From contig CAZJAH010000009.1 in NCBI GenBank assembly GCA_964544155.1, positions 14,551 through 78,550 on the forward strand: a stretch of DNA of 64,000 nt. The letters run 5' to 3'. The position numbers were made by a program, and so were the translations under genes. Positions 47,435-56,499 of this stretch are shown piece by piece (position 1 is the first letter of the stretch; each line of letters opens with the position of its first letter). This stretch comes from an uncultured Hyphomicrobiales bacterium. GTDB taxonomy: Bacteria > Bacteroidota > Ignavibacteria > Kapaibacteriales > UBA2268. The notes beneath the pieces are model-generated. The model had not been told where the DNA came from, ran no database searches, and saw nothing but the letters and a program-made list of their open reading frames with translations.

Positions 47435-50392
47435 ATGGCCTTTAGATTACTCGCAATTATTATTACGATTGGATTTTTAAGTGGTTTCAATATGAAAGCT
47501 CAGGAAAGCCATGATGATGGATTACCTTTTTTCATGAAACCGGATTTTGTTGAAGATTACAGATCTTGGCTTGAATTTGGCAATACAAAAAGAAAAATAG
47601 CCGGCGATCCTCCAAAGGAATTTTATAAAATAAAACCCGGCCCCGAAACCATTCTGAATTCGACCGGCGGTTTTGAAATTAAAAATATTTCTAATTTGCA
47701 AAGTGCTCAAAATGAAGTGTGGATTGCAGTCAATCCTACAAATCCCCTTAATATTATTGCCGGTTCCAATGACTACTTTCACGGTTCCCTTGCTCAAGAT
47801 TACAAAATGCCGGCATTTGTTACTACTGACGGCGGACAAAATTGGCAGACTACAACACTACCGGCAAATTTTGACTTGATCATTAAAACTGAAAACGGTT
47901 CGAGTAACCTTGTGTTTGATCCGGGTGTTACTTTCGATTCCCAGGGTAGAGCTTACTACTGCTACGGTTATACAGTAACCGGCGACGATTCCAAAACTGA
48001 CGGAGAAAACGGTCTGTTTGTAGGGCGTTCTCTCGATGGGGGGCTCAGTTGGGAAGAAATGCCCTCTATAGTTGCAATTGGTGACGGTACGGGTTTCTCA
48101 GGCGGAGAATTTCATGATAAATATCTGATAGCAGCTGATGCTAATCCGGATTCACCTTACAGAGATAACGTCTATGTTGCCTGGACAAGATTTAAAGCCG
48201 GATCGCCATCAAGTATTGTTGTTTCAACAAGTACGGACGGTGGAATGGGCTGGTCTACTCCTTTTCCACTTTCGTCAGGTTTTAGTTCGAAACAGTCACC
48301 AATGCCGGCTGTAGGCCCTGATGGGACAGTTTATGTTACCTGGAGAAGCGAAAGCAGTGATAAAACATCCGCGCTGTTATCCAGATCGACTGACGGCGGT
48401 CAAACATGGACTTCAAGCTTATTAGCACAGGAAGTTGTTTCTGTTGGTGTCAGAAATTCACAGTCCGGCAGGCAGACTTTGCCGGATAAATTAAATCCCA
48501 TCAGAGTATCATCATATCCTGCAATAGATGTTGACAGATCAAACGGCGAGCGAAACGGCTGGGTCTATATAGTTCAGTGTGGTAAAGACGAACAGGGCAA
48601 TACAGGATGCTATTTAGCAAGGTCGTCGAATAATGGTGATGACTGGGAAAGGAATTTGCGCGTTGATAATGGTGACGGCCAGGGAGATTTATTCTTCCCG
48701 GCTATATCAGTTGATCCGGTAAACGGTAATGTTTACGTGGCATATTATTCCTCACAGGACCATGATAATAATGACATGATTGATGTTTACGTTGCAATAT
48801 CAACAGACGGCGGCGAAAACTTTAACCATATAAAAGTGAATGAAACTTCTTTCGGTGCTCGTGGGCTCGGAGATAATGGTAATTATTACTGGGGCGATTA
48901 TATCAGCATGGCATCATATAATAATAATATATATCCATGCTGGTGGCAGCCTACACCCGGAGGCGATGTATTCTGGTCACATGATGTTTATACAGCCCTG
49001 CTTTCAACAAATCCGCAGATCGTACAGGATCTTCAGGCTGATAACAATTTCCGTGATCCTCTGTCAGTTAAACTGACATGGCAGGATCCGGCCAAAGACC
49101 TTCTTGGCAACGACCTCGACGGCTTTGAGGTTATTATCCACAGAAATCAGACAGAGATCGGCCGTGTTGACAAAGGTGTACAATCATACGATGATATGAC
49201 TGCTGAAAACGGAGAAACTTATGTTTATACTCTATATGTAGAAACACCCGATGGTAGAAGAAGCGGCCCGACAGAGCTAAGAGTTACCGCGGGCGGAGCT
49301 CTTCAGCCAAACGCGCCCTTTATTCTGTCAGGTGTTTCCTCCGAAGATGGTGTAATTATTCGTTGGGAAAATCCCGCAGAGCATATTGACGGCACTGTTT
49401 TCCATGATTTCAAAGCCATTGAAATATATGACATGGATGATAATCTGCTAAAATCAGTAAGTATGGATGCCACTTTAGCAGGTCTAGAATCATCAGAATT
49501 AATTGAACTGGATACCGAAGCATTCTATGAAATTAAACTGCAGGCTGTAGCAGAAAGAAACGGTACAGAAACAAGAAGCAACTTCTCTAATTATAAAATT
49601 GTCTATTCAGGAGCTCCAGCCACGGATCTAAGCGAAGATTTTGATAATGAGAGTAATCTGGTTCCAATGTATTTTAGGGATAGCAATCCCTGGATTGTAA
49701 TACAAGATGCTAAGACTACATCTCCGCCTAATTGCATAACCGATTCCCCGGATGGTAATTATGAATCAAATGATAACAATATGTTCATTATGCAGCCGGT
49801 TGTTCTCAATGATCAGCATAATTCAATTTCAATCGATCATATGGCTATTATACACAGTAATGATGACGGTAGAATACTTCTATCTAACGATCACATGAAA
49901 TCATGGGAACATCTTAAGTGGGTTGATAACAACTCATCAGATAAATTCTCAACAAATTATGAGAGCAGCCAGTTCGATAATCTGCTCATAAATATTCAGG
50001 AATTTCAGGGTGATACTGTTTATTTAGCTTTTGAATTAAATTCTGACGGAGCATTTGAATATGACGGCTGGTATATAGATAATGTTGAATTATCATCTAT
50101 AGTTTCAGTTGATGAAGAAGGCCTAATGGCCGGCGCTCATGTGGATGTATATCCTAATCCGGTAACCGACGATGCAGCGAAACTGAATATTAAAGTTTCG
50201 GCTAACGGTTATGGAAGGATCAATATTTATGATGCTCTTGGTAATAAAGTCAAGGAACTAAACTCGACCTACCTTACTTCAGGCATGAATGAAGTAGATC
50301 TGGATCTTAGTGAACTTAATTCAGGAGCCTACTATTGCAGAATTAGTATGGATGAAAGCAGTATTTCAGTACCGGTTATAATCAGAAGATAA
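47435..50392 (+). CDS. Secreted BNR/Asp-box (sialidase-like beta-propeller) protein with FN3-like modules and a T9SS C-terminal sorting domain
   Basis: Asp-boxes are TTDGGQNW, SLDGGLSW, STDGGMGW, STDGGQTW, SNNGDDW and STDGGENF. The C-terminus reads VDVYPNPVTDDAAKLNI...GAYYCRISM. Confidence 0.8.
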   Translation: MAFRLLAIIITIGFLSGFNMKAQESHDDGLPFFMKPDFVEDYRSWLEFGNTKRKIAGDPPKEFYKIKPGPETILNSTGGFEIKNISNLQSAQNEVWIAVNPTNPLNIIAGSNDYFHGSLAQDYKMPAFVTTDGGQNWQTTTLPANFDLIIKTENGSSNLVFDPGVTFDSQGRAYYCYGYTVTGDDSKTDGENGLFVGRSLDGGLSWEEMPSIVAIGDGTGFSGGEFHDKYLIAADANPDSPYRDNVYVAWTRFKAGSPSSIVVSTSTDGGMGWSTPFPLSSGFSSKQSPMPAVGPDGTVYVTWRSESSDKTSALLSRSTDGGQTWTSSLLAQEVVSVGVRNSQSGRQTLPDKLNPIRVSSYPAIDVDRSNGERNGWVYIVQCGKDEQGNTGCYLARSSNNGDDWERNLRVDNGDGQGDLFFPAISVDPVNGNVYVAYYSSQDHDNNDMIDVYVAISTDGGENFNHIKVNETSFGARGLGDNGNYYWGDYISMASYNNNIYPCWWQPTPGGDVFWSHDVYTALLSTNPQIVQDLQADNNFRDPLSVKLTWQDPAKDLLGNDLDGFEVIIHRNQTEIGRVDKGVQSYDDMTAENGETYVYTLYVETPDGRRSGPTELRVTAGGALQPNAPFILSGVSSEDGVIIRWENPAEHIDGTVFHDFKAIEIYDMDDNLLKSVSMDATLAGLESSELIELDTEAFYEIKLQAVAERNGTETRSNFSNYKIVYSGAPATDLSEDFDNESNLVPMYFRDSNPWIVIQDAKTTSPPNCITDSPDGNYESNDNNMFIMQPVVLNDQHNSISIDHMAIIHSNDDGRILLSNDHMKSWEHLKWVDNNSSDKFSTNYESSQFDNLLINIQEFQGDTVYLAFELNSDGAFEYDGWYIDNVELSSIVSVDEEGLMAGAHVDVYPNPVTDDAAKLNIKVSANGYGRINIYDALGNKVKELNSTYLTSGMNEVDLDLSELNSGAYYCRISMDESSISVPVIIRR

Positions 50393-50420
50393 TCAACTCT
50401 GAAATAATATAATAATCATA

Positions 50421-50449
50421 AGGCTGTCCCTAAACGGACAGCCTTTGTT
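50421..50449 (+). terminator. Rho-independent terminator
   Basis: Stem AGGCTGTCC/GGACAGCCT with a 6-nt loop, followed by TTTGTT. Confidence 0.8.
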
Positions 50450-50869
50450 ACTTCTGGCCTAATAACATCCCGCGTAAATAACAGTAAGGCGACATCGGAC
50501 GGGTATAAGATTCAGCGGATTTTATGCCCCAAAACAAAATTTTATTGTTACATTCTCAAAAATGAATATTTACCTGCGGATAATCATACAGTACATCCGC
50601 TTTAGCATCCTGTTTAGCAGCCGTGACCTACCAGGGCTTCGAGATCCCGGGGCACCGCAGGCATACCTTTTGTTTTATGCAACTGTGCGCAGGACCCTGT
50701 ACTCAGAATAATGTTTCGGCCATGTAATTTGTATAATTCACGGTCAAATTAACATTAAATTCTGTGAATTATTTATCCAATAATGGCCAATACGGTTATG
50801 CTTTGGAAGGTTTTTTTTAAAAAAATAAAAATATTCTGAAACCAAAATGTCTTTCCCGTGTCATTATAA

Positions 50870-51931
50870 ATGAAAGCACAAAAGAAATTTACGATAAGTA
50901 GCGCGGAAATGACATCAGAAGTAAAAAATAAGATTGAGTCCATAGTTTTTGCTGTGGCAATAATAATTATCCTGGCATTTTTAGCCATTGGCTGTGACGT
51001 CTGCGATAGCGGCGTCGGCAGCAATGCCGGTGATATGATATATTTTTCCGCCGTCAGCCTTAATGGTGATTCCACAGCTGTATATACCATAATGCCTAAT
51101 GGAAGAGACACCCGCGAAATAGCTCCGGAAGGGATGATCTTTTCCCCTCCGTCTAAAAGCGGAAAAATCGTTTATTTGAGTGCCGGTGCTATTGTTCTGG
51201 CTAATATTGACGGAAGCGAAAAAGAAATTATATATGATGGCAACGTATATATTCCAGGCGAACCCATAATTTCTCCCGATGGTGGTATCGTCGCGTTCAA
51301 AGGCGGGGATGGCAGGCTGCTTTTATTAAAACCCGGATTTACTTTAATAAGTCTTACAGGAATTTTAGCAGGTAATACCATTCCCGCCTTTTCTTATTCT
51401 GGTAAATATCTGGCGTTCTTAGAAAACAACGGCATGAACCATATCCTGAAGGTTATTGATACTGATAATCCCGACCGCGTGATACTTAGCAGGACTTATC
51501 CGCATCAGGGCGATAAAAAGATCAGGATAAGCAGCTCCGGAACGGCAAATGAGATTTGTTTTTCCTGGGATAACAGTAATAGCGGAAATATCAGCCATAT
51601 TTCACTTCCCTCAGGAGATGAAACAAGATTAGAAGATCCGGCTATTGGCGCTAAATCACCATTTTTCATGGATGATAAAGGTATGATAGGATTTGTCAGC
51701 AACGATAATTCTCTTTGGCAGACCACACTTGGAAATAATTTTAACAGGCTGATAGCCGGCGATCCCGGTATTGAAATCAACAACCCGGAATATAACAGAT
51801 TTAACCAAAAAATAATATACTGTAAATCAAATGAAAGTCAGAATTACGGAGTCCTATACTCATTTGATATAAATACTAAAACTGAGAATATCTTATTTGC
51901 AAATGCTTTCAGTGGATACTGGAGAGAATAG
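50870..51931 (+). CDS. Membrane-anchored protein with PD40/TolB-like beta-propeller repeats
   Basis: The N-terminal TM segment is IVFAVAIIIILAFLAIGC. Motifs of the SPDG..(V/L)AF type recur (ISPDGGIVAF, FSYSGKYLAFL). The start is uncertain (50870 or 50909). Confidence 0.6.
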   Translation: MKAQKKFTISSAEMTSEVKNKIESIVFAVAIIIILAFLAIGCDVCDSGVGSNAGDMIYFSAVSLNGDSTAVYTIMPNGRDTREIAPEGMIFSPPSKSGKIVYLSAGAIVLANIDGSEKEIIYDGNVYIPGEPIISPDGGIVAFKGGDGRLLLLKPGFTLISLTGILAGNTIPAFSYSGKYLAFLENNGMNHILKVIDTDNPDRVILSRTYPHQGDKKIRISSSGTANEICFSWDNSNSGNISHISLPSGDETRLEDPAIGAKSPFFMDDKGMIGFVSNDNSLWQTTLGNNFNRLIAGDPGIEINNPEYNRFNQKIIYCKSNESQNYGVLYSFDINTKTENILFANAFSGYWRE

Positions 51932-51936
51932 TTTTT

Positions 51937-52509
51937 ATGCCAAATAACGGAATGGATAAATATAGTGACGCTGAACTTGTAGAACTCCTGCAGGGGAAAA
52001 AAAAAGTGGCCGAAGCTGCTTTTGCCGAGCTGTATTCACGCTATTCGAACAGTATTTATGCCTATTGCCTTAAAATTATCGGCAATAGCGATGACGCAAG
52101 TGATATATACCAGGATGCCATGGTAAAATTCTATGAATCCTGTAAAAATAATTATGACATAACTAATGTACGCGGGCTTATGGTCACTATCGCCCGCAGA
52201 CTGTGTATTAACTATTTAAGGGATAATAAGTTAAAAAATAAGAACATTAGTATCGAAGATTATTTAGGCGGCGTCGATGATGTTAAATATGAGGATAAAG
52301 AACTGTTGCAGATTATTTCAAAATGCCTAAGCGATATGGATTTTGAATACAGAGAAGCATTCGTTCTCAGAAATTATCACGGATATAGTTATAAGGAAAT
52401 GGCAGAGATTACGGGCGAACAGCTTACGACAATTAAAACGAGGGCATGGAGGGCCAAAGAACAACTTAAAGAGCTTATTGCTCCATATTTTGAAGATTAT
52501 AAAAAATAA
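51937..52509 (+). CDS. ECF-type RNA polymerase sigma factor (sigma-70 family group 4)
   Basis: Region 2 reads AFAELYSRYSNSIYAYCLKIIGNSDDASDIYQDAMVKFY. The region 4 HTH reads GYSYKEMAEITGEQLTTIKTRAWRAKEQL. Confidence 0.85.
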   Translation: MPNNGMDKYSDAELVELLQGKKKVAEAAFAELYSRYSNSIYAYCLKIIGNSDDASDIYQDAMVKFYESCKNNYDITNVRGLMVTIARRLCINYLRDNKLKNKNISIEDYLGGVDDVKYEDKELLQIISKCLSDMDFEYREAFVLRNYHGYSYKEMAEITGEQLTTIKTRAWRAKEQLKELIAPYFEDYKK

Positions 52510-52525
52510 AGATGGAATATTTAAA

Positions 52526-53866
52526 ATGTCTTACGAAGAATTAATTCACGAATATCTGGATGAAGGCCTTGACGCAACACGAGAGCACGCCCTATTCGCG
52601 AAGCTTGCCGGGGATACCTCGCTCAGGGCTGAATTCAACAAACAGATGAAGCTGCAGAACCTGGCTTTGCTCGATATGCATAGCATAAGCGCTCCGCCGG
52701 AAGCAACTTCCGCTATTTTTAACCGCATAGGATTCGATATGCCTGGAAGCGATTCCCAGGGCAAGGCCGGAAGCTTTTTGAAGAAATATACCGGCTGGCT
52801 TAGCGCACTGCTCTTGCTGCTGATAGCCGGCGGATGGTGGCTGGCTGATGGCTTCAGCGGCGGCAAATTGGCTGACGATAGCACTGCTGATAACCCTGCT
52901 CCGTTTATAGGCTCTTATGAAGTGAACGAAGCTGCATCAGAAAATCAAACTTCAAAAGCAGGCCTTTCTGATAAAGAAGCCGCTTCTAAATATGAGGCCA
53001 ATGGCGGTGGTATCGCTGCACGCAACGGCGTTGGCCCGGATGGGAGCAGGGCTTCATCCTCCGGCGCGCTTAATACCGGCTTTGCTTCATCAGCCCGGAA
53101 TACAGGAACTCCCGCGCAGGACGCCCGGCAGGTTTCATCCTTTAATAAATCTCTATCCTTGAACGGCGCTGCTAATTATGGCGCTGCCAATTCGAATGAA
53201 AGTAATTACCGGAATATAAGCCAAATGTCGCCGGTTGACGGAATGACAGCTTTTAACTCAGAAGCTGTTTATAACAAAACTTACATTAGCGGCAGAGGAC
53301 TGAATGCTCAGGGTATTACTGATAATCTGCCGGCTACATACGGTTCAGAATACCAGAGTGGTTATGACATTTCCGGGAAACCTGGGAAGTACAGTGTGCA
53401 GATATTTAGGTTTAGTCCGGCCCGCGAGTTGAGAACTGATATAGCGACATCCGACGATGCTTTTTACAATTACTTTACAATAGGATTATACTATAATCTC
53501 AGCAGAAACTGGTCAGTAGGTATAGAAGGCGGCAAAGAGCCTTTCTACCAGGAATTTCCACTCACAAAGAATAATGTGGAATATACACGTTCACAGAGGC
53601 CGTCACTAATTTACGCCGGTGTAGCCGCAAGTTATAAGATCAGAGAGCTTGGTTTTGATAATTTATATCCCCTTATTTCAGGTTCTGTTTCTTATACTAG
53701 CAACGGCCCGTACTTCAGGTTTAGGCCAGCTCTTGAATGGAGTATTTTGCCAATGGCTGATATAAGGCTTGGTATTGATTACGGAATTTTATATTATAAT
53801 ATTGAAGGTACTCTGTATAACAGCTCGAGATTGGGTATTAATTACGGAGTTAATATTAACTTTTAA
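52526..53866 (+). CDS. Anti-sigma-factor-like protein: N-terminal anti-sigma domain, one TM helix, low-complexity linker and a C-terminal beta-barrel-like domain
   Basis: I chose the ATG at 52526, 17 nt after the sigma gene stop. The N-terminus reads LIHEYLDEGLD...ALFAKLAGDTSLRAEF, without a Zn HxxxCxxC motif. The TM helix is WLSALLLLLIAGGWWLA. A Ser/Gly/Asn/Ala-rich stretch of about 170 aa follows. The last ~170 aa have an alternating pattern and end in YGVNINF. Confidence 0.55.
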   Translation: MSYEELIHEYLDEGLDATREHALFAKLAGDTSLRAEFNKQMKLQNLALLDMHSISAPPEATSAIFNRIGFDMPGSDSQGKAGSFLKKYTGWLSALLLLLIAGGWWLADGFSGGKLADDSTADNPAPFIGSYEVNEAASENQTSKAGLSDKEAASKYEANGGGIAARNGVGPDGSRASSSGALNTGFASSARNTGTPAQDARQVSSFNKSLSLNGAANYGAANSNESNYRNISQMSPVDGMTAFNSEAVYNKTYISGRGLNAQGITDNLPATYGSEYQSGYDISGKPGKYSVQIFRFSPARELRTDIATSDDAFYNYFTIGLYYNLSRNWSVGIEGGKEPFYQEFPLTKNNVEYTRSQRPSLIYAGVAASYKIRELGFDNLYPLISGSVSYTSNGPYFRFRPALEWSILPMADIRLGIDYGILYYNIEGTLYNSSRLGINYGVNINF

Positions 53867-53877
53867 TTACTTAAGAA

Positions 53878-54540
53878 TTGAAATTCCGGATAATTATATT
53901 TCTTATGACCGGCATTTTGCTCGCCGGATGCGAGTGTGTGCGTGAATTGGATACTCCCGTGGACATAGTTCCGGAAGATTTTGCCAACGTGGCTTTTATC
54001 AATTCAGTGCCCGGTTCAGGATCTTTAAAAGTAGAGGCAGAAGGCCTTGAAGCCGTTGACGGGGCGTCATTTACGGAAAATAATATAGATTATGAAGAAT
54101 TCGCCGCCGGAACCCCTGCTATAAGTGTTGAGGATGCTTCAGGTAAAATACTTTTTAACGGCCTGGCTGAATTTGAAAAAGCCAGATTATACTCAGCTGT
54201 TTTATACAGGAATATTTTTTATAATGATCTCATGATATTTAATGATCAGGGCATCCGCCCCGGATCCTGCCGCCTTATTAATACTCTTAACGAAACAGCC
54301 GAAGTAGAAGTATCATCCGGCGGTATCACTTTGGCAGATTCTTTACTCGATCACGGTGGAAATATACTGTTAGGCCCTAAAGAAAACGGCTATACCATTA
54401 AATTAAAAATAGCGGGCTCTTTAAAGCCCGCCTCTGAATATTCTATACAAAAAGCTAACGCTTACCTGAAAAATATCATTATTATCATCAATAATGAAGA
54501 ACTGAGCATCAGGGAAGCAGACTGCAGCCTGCCCGGTTAA
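53878..54540 (+). CDS. Lipoprotein, possibly DUF4397-like
   Basis: The start is a TTG. The signal and lipobox read MKFRIIIFLMTGILLAGC. The segment ANVAFINSVPGSGSLKVEAEG resembles DUF4397 repeats (tentative). Confidence 0.5.
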   Translation: MKFRIIIFLMTGILLAGCECVRELDTPVDIVPEDFANVAFINSVPGSGSLKVEAEGLEAVDGASFTENNIDYEEFAAGTPAISVEDASGKILFNGLAEFEKARLYSAVLYRNIFYNDLMIFNDQGIRPGSCRLINTLNETAEVEVSSGGITLADSLLDHGGNILLGPKENGYTIKLKIAGSLKPASEYSIQKANAYLKNIIIIINNEELSIREADCSLPG

Positions 54541-55157
54541 AAATTGCCGCCGAACTTAAAGGTAAGCGCTCCGCTTAAGCCCGATAAATCGCTATCCTCT
54601 AGTCCGTGATAATTATCCACACCGGATACAAACCTGTAGCTGCCGCCGATGCCTACCTTCATCCATTTAAACATATTAACCTCGAAATTCACTGAAGGCT
54701 CAAGCACAAAAAAGCTGTCACTGCCGTAGCGGTCGTAATCATCTTCAACATCATCACCAAATTCAAATTCATCGTGGTACTGTACCGCTCCCCAGCCAAC
54801 ATGCAGCATAGTTGAAAAATGGTATGCTTTATCGGCATTATGAATGTACTCGAAATTCAGCCCGCCATAGCCCATTGTCAGGTAAACATCTCTCCGCTCG
54901 TCAAGAAAATCGATTTGTTCCTTGATGTTCATTGTGCTGAGGCCCCAGCCTCCTCCGCCGATAGCAATGGATTTATTTATAACCACCGCGCCGCGCCCGC
55001 CAATCATCAGCCCTGGCTCGCCATTCAATGAAGTAACCCCGATAACCGGGCCTCCGAAACCGCCTATCGTCACATCGCCGTCACCGAATAATGTTTCCTG
55101 CGCGAATGCCGCCGCGGGCATAAGGCAGATTGCCATAATCAAAATCAATTTCCTCAT
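54537..55157 (-). CDS. Small outer-membrane beta-barrel protein
   Basis: I chose the Met at 55157 (MRKLILIMAICLMPAAAFAQ). The protein is Gly-rich with alternating strands. The C-terminus is ALTFKFGGNF. Confidence 0.7.
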   Translation of the reverse strand: MRKLILIMAICLMPAAAFAQETLFGDGDVTIGGFGGPVIGVTSLNGEPGLMIGGRGAVVINKSIAIGGGGWGLSTMNIKEQIDFLDERRDVYLTMGYGGLNFEYIHNADKAYHFSTMLHVGWGAVQYHDEFEFGDDVEDDYDRYGSDSFFVLEPSVNFEVNMFKWMKVGIGGSYRFVSGVDNYHGLEDSDLSGLSGALTFKFGGNF

Positions 55158-55290
55158 TTTCTCCGCCTGAAATATCTTTTTAAACAAATAGTAACTTCTT
55201 AATGCACACTACGGCAATAGAGAAAAAATGTTCTGATTAAAATCCGTTATTAGCATTAATTTGTGAAAAATATCTGATTACAAAAAGCGG

Positions 55291-56418
55291 CTATTTCTTT
55301 GTGTAGATGTATCCGCCGATTATGGCAGTAATTGGCGCGACGAGAACCAGTCCGAAACTCCCGACAAGCGTATGCAGAATTTCCGCCGCAATATAGTTTG
55401 TGTTGAATATGGAGACCATGGGTGTGCCTTTTGCCATAAATACCATAAAAACAAACATGAAGCTTCCGGAGTAGGCAAAAAGCAGAGTTGTCGTCATTGT
55501 GCCGATCACAGGGTAAGCTATGTGGAAACCTGATTTAATCAGCTCAGCAGTGGTCATTTCAGGCTTTTTGAGTATCAGTTCATTTTGTGATGCCGAAATA
55601 TCCATGGCGACATCCATTACGGCTCCGGCCGCTGAAATAAATATTGCCGAAATAAAAATTGCAGATAAGTCAAGATTCATAAACCCCGCGTATAGCAAGG
55701 TTTCGGAATATTCTAACACCGTACCTGGGATTCTAAAAAAATGCCCGAATATAAGCGCCATCAGCGTCGTTATGCCTATTCCGGCTATCGATCCGGATAG
55801 CGCCACAGCGCCTTTTTTTCCAAAGCCGGTAATAAGCAGAATGATTACAGCAGTAACAGCAGATACAATAACAAATGAAAGCAGAAGTGGCTGCCAGCCT
55901 TTAAGAAATAGTGGAATTAAAAGCTTCCAAATAGCCAGCGCTGTAAATACAAATGAGAGCAGGGCCTTAAAGCCTGTCCATCTTGCGAATCCTATGAGAA
56001 ATATTGCAAATAGAAAAAATAGTATGTAGATTACATCTATACGGTAAAGGTCATCAGCGCGTGCTTCTATTATGTCACCGGATTTGCCCCTTTTAATGAC
56101 AGCCAGAACATCATCGCCGGTTTTAAATAGTTTGTCAATCTTCATCTGGCCCATAAGCACATTTTCGGCTTTAAGCGTATCGCCCTTGTACCTGCCTGAT
56201 TTAACAAGCAGTGTAACTTCCTGGGTTCCAACAGTAACTAGTCCATGAACAGAAATATCAGAATTATCTGCGTCGATTACCTCGGCTTTTTCCCTGTCTG
56301 TGGACTCAGTAAGATTTGGATTTTCGAATCCCGTAGGAATATACCAGAGAATGGCCGAAAAACTTGAAATTACTATAGCAAAGGCAATATTGAGTTTGTT
56401 ATTTCGAATTGCATTCAT
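55291..56418 (-). CDS. YibE/F-family integral membrane protein
   Basis: It has an N-terminal TM helix and a soluble beta-rich domain. Six to seven TM helices follow, with a YibE/F-like layout. The assignment is from memory of the family architecture. Confidence 0.7.
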   Translation of the reverse strand: MNAIRNNKLNIAFAIVISSFSAILWYIPTGFENPNLTESTDREKAEVIDADNSDISVHGLVTVGTQEVTLLVKSGRYKGDTLKAENVLMGQMKIDKLFKTGDDVLAVIKRGKSGDIIEARADDLYRIDVIYILFFLFAIFLIGFARWTGFKALLSFVFTALAIWKLLIPLFLKGWQPLLLSFVIVSAVTAVIILLITGFGKKGAVALSGSIAGIGITTLMALIFGHFFRIPGTVLEYSETLLYAGFMNLDLSAIFISAIFISAAGAVMDVAMDISASQNELILKKPEMTTAELIKSGFHIAYPVIGTMTTTLLFAYSGSFMFVFMVFMAKGTPMVSIFNTNYIAAEILHTLVGSFGLVLVAPITAIIGGYIYTKK

Positions 56419-56449
56419 AATATTTTACTGAGTAAAAATCATGGTCATC

Positions 56450-56478
56450 AAAAAACCGCGCGGGCACTAACCCGCGCA
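56450..56478 (-). terminator. Rho-independent terminator of the alkaline phosphatase gene
   Basis: On the minus strand the stem is GCGCGGG/CCCGCGC, followed by TTTTTT. Confidence 0.8.
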
Positions 56479-56499
56479 GATGTTAAAATAACTTTCAAA

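Noticed and set aside
50628-50662. tRNA-like T-arm or att-site fragment (AGGGC-TTCGAGA-TCCCG followed by GGCACCGCA).
   Set aside because: The putative T-stem has mismatches at both ends (A-G and C-T). The conserved G53-C61 pair is missing. No complementary acceptor strand lies about 70 nt upstream. This is not a tRNA or a convincing tRNA 3' half.
50610-50665. Partial resemblance to a ZTP (pfl) riboswitch: CGTGAC ... CCCGGGG ... CCGCAGGC.
   Set aside because: The most conserved ZTP segments as I remember them (GACUGGCG and CCGCCUGGGC) are not matched. The downstream gene is not purine or folate related. I keep the region only as a generic GC-rich island.
52343-52525. Long N-terminal extension of the anti-sigma-like ORF, overlapping the ECF sigma gene by 167 nt.
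   Set aside because: The extension is the out-of-frame read of the sigma gene 3' end. The ATG at 52526 gives a typical anti-sigma N-terminus 17 nt after the sigma stop.
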